Shown here piece after piece: positions 35,641 through 49,119 of a stretch of DNA of 64,000 nt. This stretch comes from Anolis carolinensis (taxonomy: Eukaryota). Both the position numbers and the translations under genes were made by a program. Within the stretch, counting starts at the first letter, position 1. Each line of letters begins with the position of its first letter. The stretch covers positions 128,601,036 to 128,665,035 of the forward strand of contig NC_085842.1 of assembly GCF_035594765.1 (NCBI RefSeq), written 5' to 3'. A model generated the notes under the pieces. That model was not told the DNA's origin and made no database searches. It saw only the letters and a program-made list of their open reading frames with translations.

Positions 35641-36228
35641 GTGGCTAAGATATGGCCAGATCGTGTGTTTCTCCACCTGAACATAAGGAAGAATTTCCTG
35701 ACTAAAAACAGTTCTGCCTTGGAGTTTGGTGGAAACTCCTTCCTTGGAAGTTTTTAAACAGAGGCTCGATGGCCATCGGTCAGGGGTTCTTTGTGATTTT
35801 TCTGCATGGCAGGGGATTGGACTAGATGGCCCATGTAGTCTCTTCCACCTATTCTATGAATCTAGGATCACTTGGGCGGTTTAGGTAAGCCCTTCTTTAA
35901 TCACCTAGCTGCAATATGGAGGTACCATGTTATATTTGTCTTGAAGAATAATGTATGCTCAAGACAGGTAGTTTCCTGAGCATACATTATTCACATTGAA
36001 AGGGAAGACAGCAACCATATATTCTAACAAAACCAACTAGTTGTTGATTATAGCAGCCAAAACAAGCTATATTCAACACCTCAAACCTTGATTTAAGTTG
36101 CAAGTCCCTGGTCAGTTATTGATAAGCAATTTAGAATAGCATAATTTCCATTGATCTCTGATTTGGAGCAGTTCTGGAAGAAGCTATAGGTCTTCTCAAA
36201 CCCAGTGGCTCTTATGAATCCATTATAC

Positions 36229-36318
36229 ATTGATCTTCCTTCTTTCCAAGGGAACTAACAGCTGTTCCACAGCCCTGAATCCCTGATTGATTGTGCAGCT
36301 GGCTGCTTCTCCAGACAT
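36229..36318 (-). pseudogene. GNG14: Degenerate G-protein gamma subunit (GNG14-like) first coding exon
   Basis: Minus strand ATG at 36318 gives MSGEAASCTINQGFRAVEQLLVPLERRKIN then GT, resembling G-gamma N-termini (I-x-Q-x-x-x-AVEQL); upstream acceptor TAATGCAG; position and strand match human GNG14. Exon 2 not found. Confidence 0.5.
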
Positions 36319-36609
36319 AAAGCCAGACTCCAACAGGGCAGAAAGCCTGCATTAGCAGCAAGGGACAACAGAAGTAAGATAGCCCCTTCAAGAAGCCCTC
36401 TGATTGACAGATGAAAAAGAAGTAGCTAGACTCAGGGGAGGTGGGGGAACAGTTCTGCAGTGGTGGACAATCGGTCACAGATATTGTTTATAGCTCTTTC
36501 TCAAGGGCTTAGCTTTGTATCATGATTTTACAACACACTCAAGTGTGATAATTTGTGCCGGAATTGCAACACTATGGAGTCTTTCACAAGACAGACCTGA
36601 TAAATAAAG

Positions 36610-36893
36610 TAAAGGTTTCCCCCTGACATCAAGTTCAGTCATGTCCGACTAGGGGTGCTCATCTCCATTTCTAAGCCGAAGAGCCGGCATTGTCCATAGA
36701 CGCCTCCAAGATCATGTGGTCAGCATGACTGCATGGAGTGCTGTTACCTTCCCGCCCGAGTGTTATCTATTGAACTACTCACATTTGCATGTTTTGAAAC
36801 TGCTAGGTTGACAGAAGCTGGGGCTAATGGGGGAGCTCACCGACCTTTCAGACAGCAAATTCAGCACCTCAGCGGTTTAACCAGCTGCGCCAC
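36610..36893 (-). mobile_element. Sauria SINE (antisense)
   Basis: Nearly collinear with 35112-35445. Confidence 0.8.
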
Positions 36894-39464
36894 TGATAGT
36901 GGGCATAAAATAACACTTCATCTCAGGTCTCAATACATATTAACCAAGACTGGGCAAATTAGTAGAATTACATGAAGTAGAATATCCCAAAAGTACTTAT
37001 CCCTGGAAGTTGCAATAATGAAGTTACACTCCACTGCTAGGAAACAGATGTCACTCACCTGGACAGCCCCTGGTCGTCTATATTTAGCCTTTTGTCTGTA
37101 TGAACTCTGAAATTGAAAGTGATGTTCTTCCATCTAAGCTGCTGAGCCCTTTTGTTCTGATTGTCACTTGTCCTCAAAAGCAGCTGCATCTATCAAGTGA
37201 TCTCACCATCTCCTTTAATTGGCCAGTGCCTATTGATTCCTTTGAACCCTGCTGCTGTTTACAAATCAAAATGTCACACAGCATTGGAACACAATGAAAG
37301 CCAGGCTAAAGTAAAGGATCAACTATTAATTTGGGTCTTATCACCTCCTGCCTCAGATAATCTACTGCTGGGTGAAGAGAAGGGTGATTAAGGGTCATCT
37401 CTGACTCTGGCTTCAGTACCATGTGCCAACAGACTGCTGCTTTCCTGTGCAACATGGAAACAGTTTTCAGCCTGTGTTTCCCTCAAAGTGGTTAGCATAG
37501 TGGGTCTAAAAATTTTTCTGGATCATAGACTTCTTTGAGAGACTGATAAAATTGATGGACCCAGATAGCAAAAATAAAATTTGCTACAATATGCTGCCTC
37601 GGAGTGTGATCGGGTTTCCTTGCTGAAGGCTTTTAAACAAAAGCTGGATGGCTCATCATTTGGAAGTACTTTGATTGTGTGTTCCTACATGGGGCTGGAC
37701 TGGGGTTTCTTCCAAATCTATAGTTTTGTAATATCACATCAGTAAACAATTTTGCATAAGCCTAAATTTTATTGTATTGGAAATTAGCTGGAATAAGATG
37801 GTGAACTGGCCTCCAACATCCAGTTCATGTCAGCCTTTTATTTAAATAACAATAAGCACGACTAAATCTGACTCACAAAGGTATGTAATAGCAAAAAGAG
37901 CTCCCATGGACACTCCAGAGGTTTATGGCCAGTTCAGATTGTCCAGAGTAGCATGAGAACCCAAATGCAAAAAGGAAGATGCTACCCCTGCTTTGAAAAG
38001 AGCTCTAAAACGTAAGTAATGCTAATTCTATGCACCTATGCCTCTACTCCCTCATACATTTATTGCAGAGATCAGACTCTGTGAGAACAGACTGTTGGTT
38101 TCTCAAACGTGTAAAACCAGTTGAAATAATGTGGCAAAACAAGTACTTCTTACCAGGATATGATGTAATAAGCTAAGCTGCCCAGTTTGGTGACCTATGG
38201 CTGAGTTACTCAAAACTATCATCTCGGTGTTGAGAAACAAAAAGGCAACATGAAACATTGACCAATATTAAAGCAAAATGGGTTCAATCATCCAACCAAT
38301 CAGAATGCTAAGCAACTGAAAGAGAAGTGCAACTACTTTATACAGTGTGTTGTTTAAATAATAATAATAGAAGTATGAATGGTTACTAATAGGGTAAATA
38401 TACATGCTCCAGTGTCAATTAACGTATGTCTCTCAATAGCAGGGATTGTGAAATTAGCACCAGCACAGTGCTGAGGCATTCCTTGTTGTTCGTGGCCTTT
38501 CCTTGGGCAACTGACTGGCCACTGTGTGAGCACAAGGACTGCACGGATCTATGGTCCATCCAACCCAGCAAAGCTCTTTTGGACTTAACATGATGGAGAG
38601 GAAAAAGGGAGTGCCGGGCAGTGGACTTGGATACACAGGCTAGCAATTTAGGTTGCACACAGTTAAGTAAACACTGCAAAGGTGAAAGGAGGTATGTTGA
38701 AAATTGTGGCCCGATAGAGCACTCTGATTGGATAGTCCCAAACATGCACAAGGGAAAGTTTGTATAGAACACCACTTCTCTTGTCCCCAAACCTTTTAAT
38801 CAACTATTTCTTGTCCAAATAATTTTTTTGGCTTTTCCTTATAGCACAAGGAATCTGATAGTAGCAGTATCTTGAAAGAAAACTTAAACGAATGCTAATT
38901 CTTTCAAAATAGGCTGAACTGACTGAACTCACACACCTTGCAACAATACAAGGGCTCATATGTGTGGCAAACAGTGCTTCTTTTATCAGAGTTGGGATAA
39001 GTAAGAGGTATGGATGGTCTGTGTGAAAGGGAGTGGAAGGTTGAAGAATATATTAGTAGTATATGAGTGAGTGTTGTGCTTATATTCTCTTGTACAAATA
39101 GGACTTGCTAGCAGCAGAATTGGTTATTCAGACTTCCAAGCCATGTAATAGTTTGAAAATCCATCATAATTTTTTACAAAAACTGTTTGTAAACCAATAC
39201 ACTGAATTAAAAATGCATTAGGAACACTGTGTGTTCTGCCACCTTAGAGATGGTCCAGATGGCAACACTGTTGGGTCTTCTTAACATCAGAATCAGGTTG
39301 GTCCTGATCAAGTCACAGAGTCAAAACTGGTTATTTCTGGTCCAGTGCCACACTCCTCCCTGAAGGTAGCACACACCTTCTGTGTGTTTCGGAAGAGAGA
39401 AATGCCAGAGAGAGTCCTCTCTCTCTGTAGCTCAGGCCATCTGCTTAGGAAAGAACAACGAAAT

Positions 39465-42400
39465 TCAGGCAGGTACTCCTTCCTCAGCAACGTAAGAGTC
39501 TTCCCTCCAAAGCTGGACCAGACCCTCAGCAGCAGTCAGCAGGCAAGTCTCAGTGGGATGGAAGGATAGAGACTGAACTGCACTTTTGCTCACCGGTAAA
39601 GCAAGGGTCAGGGATCCCTATGAAGAAACAAGTCAAACTTGTAAAGATTAGAAGAACACAAGACCTATCCAGAGATAGCATGTACCTTAGCAGCACTACA
39701 ACTGCCACTTTCTTGAGTACAAGAAGGGGACTACATGACTAATTCCCAGACTCTCTTGTCTTTTGCCTGCAGTCAAAGATCTTCCATTCGATTAAACTTT
39801 CAGCGAGGAACCTGGAGATAGTAGCTTAATCTGCAGAGGTCTTTAATGGGATAGTGTCTTTGTTACCCCATCTTATATTGGTGCGTTACTAAACTATGTT
39901 TTATTTTGGTGCTTTTGTGTATTTGTTTTAGTTTACTATCAGCTGCCTTGATGTCTTTTCATGGAAGAAAGGCAGAACCAAACAAAGAAGAAAATAGGTT
40001 CAAATCAGGAGGGGCACTCATCAGGGCAACTACTTCCCATTACCCTTGAGATAATGATGCCTCTCTAATCAGCAGGGGCTCAGTGACATAGGAAGGCAGC
40101 AGTGCCACAGTGCTGTTCACAGGAAACTCTCCAGGGAATTCTGCTCACCTCAACCAGGTCCCAGAAATACACCTTCCCATCCTCAGAACAACTCCCAACA
40201 TGTGTGTCTCTCTCACTCATGCAGCAGTCCATCTTGTATGTTACATTTTTGTGGCCAGTATATCTGCAGAGAAATCAGAGGAGAATTCAGAGAAGACCTG
40301 CTCATCTCAGCCAGGCTTTCCTCATTCATCCACCACAGTTGTTACTAGGTTAGAAAAAGGAAATAAAATGATCCTAGTTAAAGAAACAGTGACTGGCCCT
40401 TACAGCGCATTTACTGAATGTATAAATATAAAGATTGATATTGCATGAGTCTCTTGTTTGCTTTATGCTCTCTTACATGAAGGCATTCATTCACAAATAG
40501 CTGAATAGAATTCTTAGCAGTAAAAAAACAGCTACCCCTTTCTAAGTGCTACTGTTAGGCTTTAAAGGATAGGAAAGAATAATTATACTGCTTACTCTCC
40601 TAGTAGCTCGCCTGTTTCCTTGTCTAGCAATCGCAGAGTAGAATCCAAACTAGCCACCAGCATACACTGGCCATCTTTGCTGAAACACACGCAGGTGATT
40701 GGGCCTGCAAGAAAAACACAGTTGGGCTGTCTGGGTATCTGTATGAAGGGCAAAGTGAGGATGGAGAACCATGTGGCCTTCCAGATATCATGGGAGCACA
40801 ATTCCCGGCTGTCCTGACCAACATGACCAATGCTGAGGAATGCTGAGAGTTGTAGTTCAGTGACACCTAAATGGTGCAGAAATGTAAATGGCTGTGCAAA
40901 GCCTTTCAGAACCTGCTGCTTCTAGAATGCTGACATTTTCCTCAGAACTAAAACTTCTAAAGGGAGAAAAACAAGGGATGGTAGTTTATAGGAATCAAGA
41001 AAACTACACTGTAGTTTAGTGGATTATATAGTCTGAGTATAGAGGCTGGCAAAAAAGTTACAAGAGATTCCTTTGTAGGATGTAATAGACTTGAACCTGA
41101 GGAACAATCATTGATGAAAAAACACATCGCTTCTCAAAAGCAACAGAGCAAAAGAAATGTACCAAACAACTGAAGACATAATTCTAAAAACTGTGATGGT
41201 TGCACCAAATCTCCTGCACTTACTTCCAGTGTAATCTGAGTAAAGCTCCCCAATACGGAGGTCATAGCGCCGGACACGCCCATCCACAGAACTGAGGGGG
41301 GGGAAAGGCAGGGGAAGTTAGGAATGCGACATTTGTTGGAAAGGAAGTACTAACATATCTGCAGCACAAGGTCTTCAAATCACTTGATACAAGGAAAGAA
41401 CCATACAGTCCCCTTCGCTATCGGAAAGTGGATACCATGTATACGTTTGCATGGGTCACCAATATCGGCCTACAGAAATGACATAAATGGGGCCATCTCT
41501 GCTCTCTAAAATGAAATGGCAGTAGGATCCCTCATATATGCGCGAGGAAATCTTGTTATCTAAATATAAAACCCAGGCTACTCTCCCAAAAACAAAACAA
41601 ACAGAAAGAGAAAAAAATTAAAAGGAACTGTATTGTCAAAATAAAAGGAATTGACTGAACAGAACAAAAACATCACGAGAGACAGAAAAACAGGCTGCAC
41701 AGACAGGAATATTTAGCAAGCACTATCATAATTTCTGAGTGGGAAAATAGTTTTTTACTTTTATTACAGCCACAGGAGTTATTTGAGCTGTTTTCTGTTA
41801 TTTATTGAAAATTGAGAGATGAATCAAATAAACAGGAATGGACTGGGAATCCTTATAGGTCCCATGATGATCTGGACCAAGCAGACCAAGGAATTTACCT
41901 TTATTATCATCATCAACTTTGCTTATAATCTGCTTTATAATCTGCCAGTGGGATTCAAATTTTATCTTTAACACCAACTTCAATCCATTTTTTCCTCACC
42001 CTGTAAGGATTTCATGGTCGGACACCTTCAGACTGGAGACACCATCCTTGGCCTCATCTAGTATCTGGATGGGATCTGATCTGCGTGAGCGACAGTCCCA
42101 GCAGCGGACACTGGAGTCTATGGAACCTTCATGAGAATGAGGGAGTATGGTAGACATGGCTCAAACCAAAATCTTTGGGGGCAACAGGGAAGCAGGTGAT
42201 ATGGAAAGAGGTTCTTACCAGAAAGGATCACAGTGGCCTCCTCATTGAACTGGACACAATTTACCTTCTGCTCAGAGGAAGAAATAAAGAGTTTAGTTTG
42301 TTGCCACTTTCTCCCAGTCTACAATCTACTTTACCATCCTTAGGACTTGATTCATGGGTGGAAGCTGACACGCCCTTTCTTCATTTCACATCAAGCATCT

Positions 42401-45400
42401 CCACAGTAATCATATGAACCCCTGGAATCTCCCTTCTATCTCTAAATCCCTTGTAAGTCAAATAGTCACATTTACACCTTAGAGACTAACATACTTTCTT
42501 TAGTTTGAGCCTTTATTGGCTATATATAATTCACTTCATCAGCATGTGTATTATGTGCAATGTATTTATGTATGAATACATGTACGTACATCTGTACGTG
42601 CACATGTATGTCAATAAATTAATTGTAGCATGAGATTTCTCAGGTAATGGCCTACTTCATCAGATGGGGAATTGTTTGGAATTTAATGTATTTCTCTCTG
42701 ATGTCAGTGTCTACAATTCCATCCAAAACTAACCAAAGCACTCCATTGGATGAAATGGGCTATAGCTATGAAAGCTCAAAGTACAATTAAATTGTTTTTG
42801 GGTGCAATAGACTACCATGGGCAAATATTTGTTAATGCCTTTTTTTGACACTCTCCCAGAGTTTATTCTCTTGTCCAACGACACAACTGGTTTCTTAAGA
42901 TAGAGAGAGCAAGAGCTAAGCTCCAAAAACTTCATTTTCTTGATCCATGCCTCTCATTCTGCTATGGTAATTATCATGAAGCTCTGAGGATTTCATTGCA
43001 CCCCTAAAGGAGAAAACAGCAACCCATAAGGGTCAACACAGACCTTACCCCTGCATGGCCACGGAACTTGCGGATCACCTGCCCTGTAGAAACATCCCAT
43101 AGCACCACTGTTTTATCTGCTCCACATGAGCAAAGCTGGCTGTTATCAAACGACCTGTGCAAGAAAAAGAAACTGATAAAAATTATATATGGGCAAAACA
43201 ACATGAATAACATTTCCAGGCAACAAAACTTTTTATTTTAATTCCCTAAAGTTCATTATCAAAACTGCATATGCAATTCCCAGACTTCTCTGTGTAAAAG
43301 CAATATATTAGTATGGAGAATCTATCCTTTGGTTTTTTTTTTCAGAAGCAAGTTTGTACTCATTGGGATGAAAATAGGACTAATAATATGGGCTACAAAA
43401 ATTGGAGTGAGGATTGAGCAGGATTTGTTGGTTACTTTGCTCTTTACTGCTTTGAGACTCTTTCAAAACAAGAATTTATATTTCAGTTTCATGTACTACC
43501 AATACTTTCATGGAGAAATTAATTTGCCGTAATTGTTACAGCTTTCATTTGTTGGGTTGTTTGCATTATGAAACAAGAGTAGTCAATATTTTGCTTTTAT
43601 GGTGAAACTGTGTTCTACATATTTATTTATTTATTTATTTCCAACATTTATATCCCGCCCTTCTCACCCGAAGGGACTCAGGGCGGCGTACAAAATTGGC
43701 AACAATTCGATGCCTACACATAATTAAAACAGCAATGAAAATCCAATTAAAACAATATAAAAATATATAACATATGATTAAAATCCATTCATCCAAAAAC
43801 CTCGTGCTGTAGCCGTAAATCAGTCCGGGTCGTCTTTATCATTTAATCTTCGAAAGCCTGGGCACATAGCCATGTTTTCAGGGCTTTTCTAAAACTCAAA
43901 AGGGTTGGGGCTTGCCGTATTTCTCTGGGGAGGGTGTTCCACAGCCAGGGAGCCACCACCGAGAAGGCCCTGTCCCTCGTACCCACCAGCTGCGCTTGTG
44001 AGGCAGGTGGGACCGAGAGCAGGGCCTCACCAGATGACCTTAAGGATCTTCCTGGCTCATAGGAGGAGATAAGTTCGGAAAAGTAGATTGGACCAGAACC
44101 GTTTAGGGCTTTATAGGTCAAAACCAGTACTTTGAATACATAGCACAGTATTGCAATAAAACAACTTTTTAAGAAAGCAATTTAATTAACCTAACTTCCA
44201 TTTATTACTCTGCTTATAGCAATGTCCCCAAAATAAAACAATTCTGGTGCATACACCATCATCTAATCTTATGACCATCTCAAATTCTATGAAGGTGCAT
44301 CACAAACCGTCCCCTCTTTTTAAAATAGATCCCCCTTACCCTGCTGCATCCAGGACTTCATAGCCATGGCCACTGTATGTTTTAAGAAGCGTCCCTTTGT
44401 GGGGGTTCCACAGCTTAAGCGATTTGTCACTACCGCAGGTGAGGCAATAATTTCCATCCACTACATTAAACAAAGGAAACATAACTGACTAATCTTTGTT
44501 CAGTCCACTAGACACAATAGTCTGTTATATTTCATCATAATTTGCCCTACAATCACAAAATTTCTTCCCTAGCAGGCTCAATTCCTCATCTTATTGTGTT
44601 TATTTTCTTGATTTAACAAATGATACAAGACTTACAATTACATACTAGACTTTATTTTCATACTAGGGAATTGCCTCTTCATTTCTCCATCCCTATCAGC
44701 TAAAGATTGGCATTGAGATCCTACAGGAGCACACAGAGCATAATGCTTTGCCTACACAGAAAGGGCCGGTGTTTGCCAATGGGGAGGAGTGCGGAGGCAA
44801 TTTAGATGATCAGAGAGCAATTGATTTCAGATTGGTGTAGGGAAGAAATGATGGTGAGCTCATATACAGAACACAATATCTTCTTACTTCCTCGGAAAGC
44901 TCAGAATAGCTGCATCTTTGCTGTCCAAATTGCCTCTCCCTTTTTTCATTTGTAAGGAGCAACAGAAATGGAGAGATTTTGCTGTGCATGCAAAGGATAG
45001 TCTGCTGCTCTCCATCTAATAAGAGACAATTGCACATATAAACCACATTTATGTAAAAGTGATGTCAGTATGCATATTATATAAAATTTTACTTGAGTTG
45101 ATCATATGGTCCATTACCAGCTATCTGCACAGAGTATTTTTCATTTCATTTTACACTCTTCAGTACTGAAAATGTTAAGCTTTTCTTCTTTCTAACATTG
45201 CACGCTGTCTGTCTATCCTGCTAAATAAAAGCTGGATATTTGTATCCTGCTTTTAGCTCTTGATTGAAATGTAAAGTATCTTTCTTATTCCATTTTAAGG
45301 ATGACTCCCTCATTATGCCACCTTATAGGACAAAGGACACACTCACCATTGAATCTCACTGCTCTGACAGCTCCCTGTTTACATTCCAGTGTAGCAAACA

Positions 45401-45449
45401 GTTTCTTTGGAAGTTCAGGCTTTTTGGGCTTGGGCTCTGGAAAGGCCAT
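39465..45449 (-). CDS. WDR83: WD repeat domain-containing protein 83 (MORG1), 316 aa; exons 45449-45347, 44460-44340, 43154-43049, 42267-42219, 42126-42000, 41291-41224, 40704-40596, 40263-40149, 39617-39465
   Basis: MAFPEPKPKKPELPKK...CKQGAVRAVRFNVDGNYCLTCGSDKSLKLWNP...SGHGYEVLDAAGSFDNSQLCSCGADK...FRGHAGKVNCVQFNEEATVILSGSID...; 951 nt, all GT-AG and in frame to TGA. Confidence 0.96.
43621..44135 (-). mobile_element. L2-type LINE 3' end with (TAAA)n tail
   Basis: ORF TYKALNGSGP...RAFSVVAPWLWNTLP..IRQAPTL.SFRKALKTWL. Confidence 0.85.
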
Positions 45450-47170
45450 GGCAAATACAAGTAACTTCTGGTAAGCAAGAAAGTATTCTCCTCTATTGTT
45501 GATGATGCAGCTACACTCACAGCATGATCTCAGACACCAGGAATATCCAAAATTGATTGATGCAATGCGATTGCTTCTGTTTCTGGTTATTTATTATCTT
45601 CAGGGTGACACCACCTTGTTGCAGAATAACAAATGCAAAGAAATCACTTTCCAAGCGCCATACTATTCAAACAACTAGCTTCCTCATAATGGTGAAACAG
45701 ATGGAGAATCCATTCTGATTACAAAGTCTGATCATCATGTAAAGGTAAGCATCAATTGCCTAAGTTGGTGCCATTCTTACAGCCCACCACACACTGCAAC
45801 TGTTCTGATTTGGCAGAGGCAGCCCTGATTAATCCTGTTATCCCATTTTCAGTTATTTTTTTAAATAAATTTTTCTTTCTCCTCCTTCTACTTTTCTCCT
45901 TTGTCATGACAAAGTTCAAACTGCATAACTATGTAATTTGCACACAATTCACTCAGAGGAGGGAGAAGCGTTAGAATATGCCCCTTTGGAGCCTTTTTAT
46001 TATAAATACTCTGAACACAAAGTTTTGATGAAGCAGCAAATTTTATAAAAAACAAAAATAGACAAAGGTGCACACACACAATACAGTGAAGTTCATATTT
46101 AAACCCCCCTTTCTCCATGATGTCTCCCCCTTGGATCACATCAGAAGCACTGTCAAAAGCACATTTGACCAATCACATTTCCCCTAACAAAGGGCCAGCC
46201 TACTGCCGTATATGGAGTTCCTTCCTTCAAGTGTCCTTTGGCACAACTGTACATCTGTCTCTCTTACCCCTTAGTATGCTTTTAATTATTTCAACTTTAT
46301 GGGGCTGAGTCCATTGGTCCCTTAACTTTGAGTGACCAATCTCATCAGTCCTTGAATCTTCAACTCTTCCAGCATTAACAGCCTGCTTTTATCCAAATCG
46401 AATTTTTCCTTTGCTTCACCTGCATTTAGCATCAATTATGCTCAATTATTCCCTTTTCTGTAGATTGTCTGTGTAACATCTGCTGCTCCTGTATCTATAC
46501 TTAAGTTGTCAGCGACTCTACAGGCAGACTAAAAGTACTTTAATGTAAGTTCCTTCTCTATAGATTGCCTTATCTTTTCTATTGATACCTACTCTATTCA
46601 TAATTAAAAAAAACCCAGCATTAGGTCTGTTTCTTATAAGAAAGAGAGGCAGAATCTTGTCCTTTCAGTTGGGAATGGACAAGCCATTAAGCTCTAATCA
46701 CCCTCTTTATGAGGTAAATTCCAATTAGAATAGAAGAGTAAAAATTGCAGCAGTGAGACTTACACAGTGCGAGTTTTGGAAGGCCTCTGTGTCATCAGGA
46801 AGGCAAAGGGATGCAAAGTTAGCTTTAAAGTTTAAAAGCATTTATTGAGGTAAAAAGAAATCCATTCATGGATAGAAAAGGTTTGGAGCTAACTATCTAA
46901 TCTATCCTGTTCTAATACACATAGACGGATTAAAATAACAAAGGTATAGGTAGCTAATAGAGGGCAGAGGTGTGTCCTCTCTGGAACAAAGCAGGAAGCA
47001 GGAATGGCAACCAAGCCTCGTGGGTAGCTTCTTCTCTAGGGCCATAAACATTCCAAAGGCCAAATTGGGGAAGTTACATGAAAGCCCTAGGAGAGATCAC
47101 ATTTTCTAGAAACATCAAAGGGTGGGCTGACCTAAATAGGACGGGAAGCAGGAAACAATGGTGAATCCTA

Positions 47171-47640
47171 TCTATTTATTTATTTATTATTTATTTCCAG
47201 TATTTATATTCCGCCCTTCTCACCCCGAAGGGGACTCAGGGCGGATCACATTATAACACACATAGGGCAAACATTCAATGCCCATAAACACATCAAACAG
47301 AGACAGAGAGACACACGCAGAGGCAAGTTAACGTTCTTCTGAGGGGATGTTCGATTCTGGCCACAGGGGGGAGCAGCTGCTTCATCATCCACACTGACGG
47401 CACTTCCTCATAACAGGTCGTAAATTAGTTAATCTTGCCTCCCCACTTTTTATAAGTGGTACCTTATCTCCTACTTGATAGATGCAACTATCTTTCGGGT
47501 TGCTAGGTCAGCAACGAGCAGGGGCTATTTTTTATTTTTAATTGACGGGTGCTCACCCCGCCACGGGCTGGCCTCGAACTCATGACCTCATGGTCAGAGT
47601 GATTTAAGGCAGCTGCTCAACAGCTGCGCCACAGCCCGGC
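47171..47640 (-). mobile_element. Young tRNA-derived SINE with LINE-type tail
   Basis: Minus strand GCCGGGCTGTGGCGCAGCTG...GAGTTCGAGGCC head; tail GCCCTGAGTCCCCTTCGGGGTGAGAAGGGCGG...(TAAA)n similar to the 43621 L2 tail; CpGs retained. Confidence 0.75.
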
Positions 47641-47879
47641 ATGCTTTGGAAACGGGAAAGGATTCCCTCAATCTAACTCTATCATCTATCTGACTACATT
47701 TAGACTTGAGTAGTCCAGGGTGATTCCCAACATTTTCCAGCAGGAACAGGCAAAAACAAACTGCTGCAGTATCTCCTGGCTTGTCTCTTTCTCTCATTAA
47801 TGACTTTGCCACCTTCACCACACTTTGATGCTGCTCAGCCAGGCGCATCCCAGTTTCTGTGAAATGTTAGAATGTGTAG

Positions 47880-48860
47880 GGAACATAACCTACATACACG
47901 AATAGATACCTACATAAAAACTCCAACCATCACCCAAGTCAAAAAATTAAGCACAATTAATGCTCTGGCAGACTGTGGGAAAAAAATATGCGAACCCCAC
48001 CTCCTCCACGATGAACTGAACCACCTAAACATGTCAATGGATACTCCACCACAGACATCAGAAGAGCTGCAAGGCCAAGAACAAGCCACGAGAGGAAAAG
48101 TATTCTTACCAGACATCAAGGGAACCATTGACCGCATAGGGAAGCTGATGAAGAAACACAACCTACAAACTATCTACAGACCCACTAAGAAAATCCAACA
48201 AATTCTACGTTCATCAAAGGACAAGAGGGATCCTCTCACCTCTGCAGGAGTCTATCGTATACCATGCAGCTGGGGACAAGTCTACAGATGTACCACCAAA
48301 CGCATAATAGCGCTACACGAATCAAGGAACATGAAAGGCACTGCAGATCAACTCAGCCAGAGAAGTCAGCTATAGCAGAGCACCTGATGAACCAACCTGG
48401 ACACAGCATATTATTTGAGAACACACAAATGCTGGACCACTCTGACAACCAACATGTCAGACTACACAGAAAAGCCATTGAAATCCACAAGCATGTGGAC
48501 ACTTTCAACAGAAAAGAGGAAACCATGAAAATGAACATAATCTGGCTGTCAGTATTTTAAAAACTCTAAAATCAGGACAGTAAATAAAGAGCAACACTAT
48601 AGGAATTCCAGACAAGAAACAGTCAGGGCCAGATAATCACTTCGCAACAAAGGATCCCCCAGATAGGAAGCAGCCATTTACCTTCAACAGACAAGAGTTC
48701 TTTCTCCCACTCTGGACCTTCCACAGATACATAAATCACACTTTGCCTAGTTTCCAACAGGCCTCACAACCTCTGAGGATGCCTGCCATGTATGTGGGTG
48801 AAACTTCAGGAGAGAATGCTTCTGGAACATGGCCATACAGCCCAGAAAACTCATCGCAAT
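47880..48860 (+). mobile_element. Penelope-like element fragment (RT end, GIY-YIG, pLTR)
   Basis: GVYRIPCSWGQVY; RIKEHERHCR...EKSAIAEH; pLTR with hammerhead motif at 48770-48810. Confidence 0.88.
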
Positions 48861-49119
48861 CCAATATATCCTCCACCAGGCCTTTAAAAAAGCCTTTTCT
48901 ACTTTCTTTCTTCATTTTAATTCCTTGCGTCCATTACAGGGTCACCTTCTGTAGCACTTCTAGGCTCCTCAAACTTCAGGGTTGTCCCCCCCCCCCCCCA
49001 AAAAAAATGGCTTTTCCTGACTGATTTAAAATGCCACTGTTAAACATTCAAGCGTGTCTACGTTACTCTTCCTATTAAGCCTCCTCCACTCCACTCCACT
49101 CCACTTTAGCTTTGAAATG

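Noticed and set aside
35948-35990. ATAATGTATGCT / GCATACATTAT resembling the loxP spacer
   Set aside because: The 13-bp Cre-binding arms are absent; coincidental.
36212-36478. 88-aa ORF-track frame ending ...QCIMDS as the G-gamma gene
   Set aside because: The G-gamma similarity is in a different minus-strand frame (ATG at 36318); this frame has no CAAX terminus or homology.
46790-47731. Possible second solo LTR (TGTCAT...CCCAACA) interrupted by a SINE
   Set aside because: Could not find a matching TSD or firm left boundary.
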